Assembly: GCA_030324005.1 (NCBI GenBank)
Contig: JARDVH010000121.1
Location: 46,819,140-46,883,139 of the forward strand
Direction of reading: 5' to 3'
Length of the DNA stretch: 64,000 nucleotides
Source: Negaprion brevirostris
Lineage: Eukaryota
Positions 63,649 through 64,000 of the stretch are shown here, one piece after another; position 1 is the first letter of the stretch; each line of letters begins with the position of its first letter. Made by a program: the position numbers and the translations under genes. The notes below the pieces were generated by a model. That model made no database searches and was not told the origin of the DNA. It was given only the letters and a program-made list of their open reading frames with translations.

Positions 63649-64000
63649 CATCACTAAAAACAGCATCATTAAAGCCGGAAATGTTTTAATCTAAAATGGT
63701 AATACTTCGAGGGAACAAGGTACTGAAAGCAACTGTGTAAAAGCAATCCTACTCTTAGATGTGGTTGACATTAAGTAGAGCACATCAAAGTAATGCATGT
63801 GGAGGAAGATAGAAGTTCACTTCAAAACTGGCTATATTGTTGATGGTAGGTATCGTGGTTTCAAAACCGAATGGAACCCAGTGCTGAGAAGTGCACTTAG
63901 TAAAACCAGCAATGGGCTGGTTTGCTCCACGTTCTTGAACTTGGCAGCATCTGAAAATGTTTCTGGGAAATGTCAAACATGAATGAATGGTCAAAGTTAG

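Overview
Eukaryotic, gapped (N-containing) genomic scaffold. The repeat repertoire (HE1-type V-SINEs, Deu-domain SacSINE1-like SINEs, CR1/HER1, L2-like, Rex1/Babar and Penelope-like elements) strongly suggests a shark. No complete protein-coding gene is visible; nearly all listed ORFs are repeat remnants, gap read-throughs or chance. The best structural model is a CpG-rich, probably bidirectional promoter at ~44.7-46.4 kb. On the minus strand an ATG (45726) runs straight into a 573-nt gap, and 1-45 kb would be a very large intron carrying several strong acceptor sites followed by stops (candidate poison/alternative-terminal exons). On the plus strand an RFX X-box and a donor site (46375) are followed by a candidate exon and a 12-nt microexon at 57.4-57.7 kb. 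The most interesting observations are: three SINE-LINE tail partnerships in one window, including a V-SINE subfamily whose tail resembles the Rex1 3' end; hammerhead-ribozyme cores in Penelope termini; a SINE-free ~19 kb zone with two eroded minisatellites and a ~600-bp duplication; and a palindromic CTCF-like site. All identifications are by eye, repeat boundaries are approximate, and no gene identity could be assigned.
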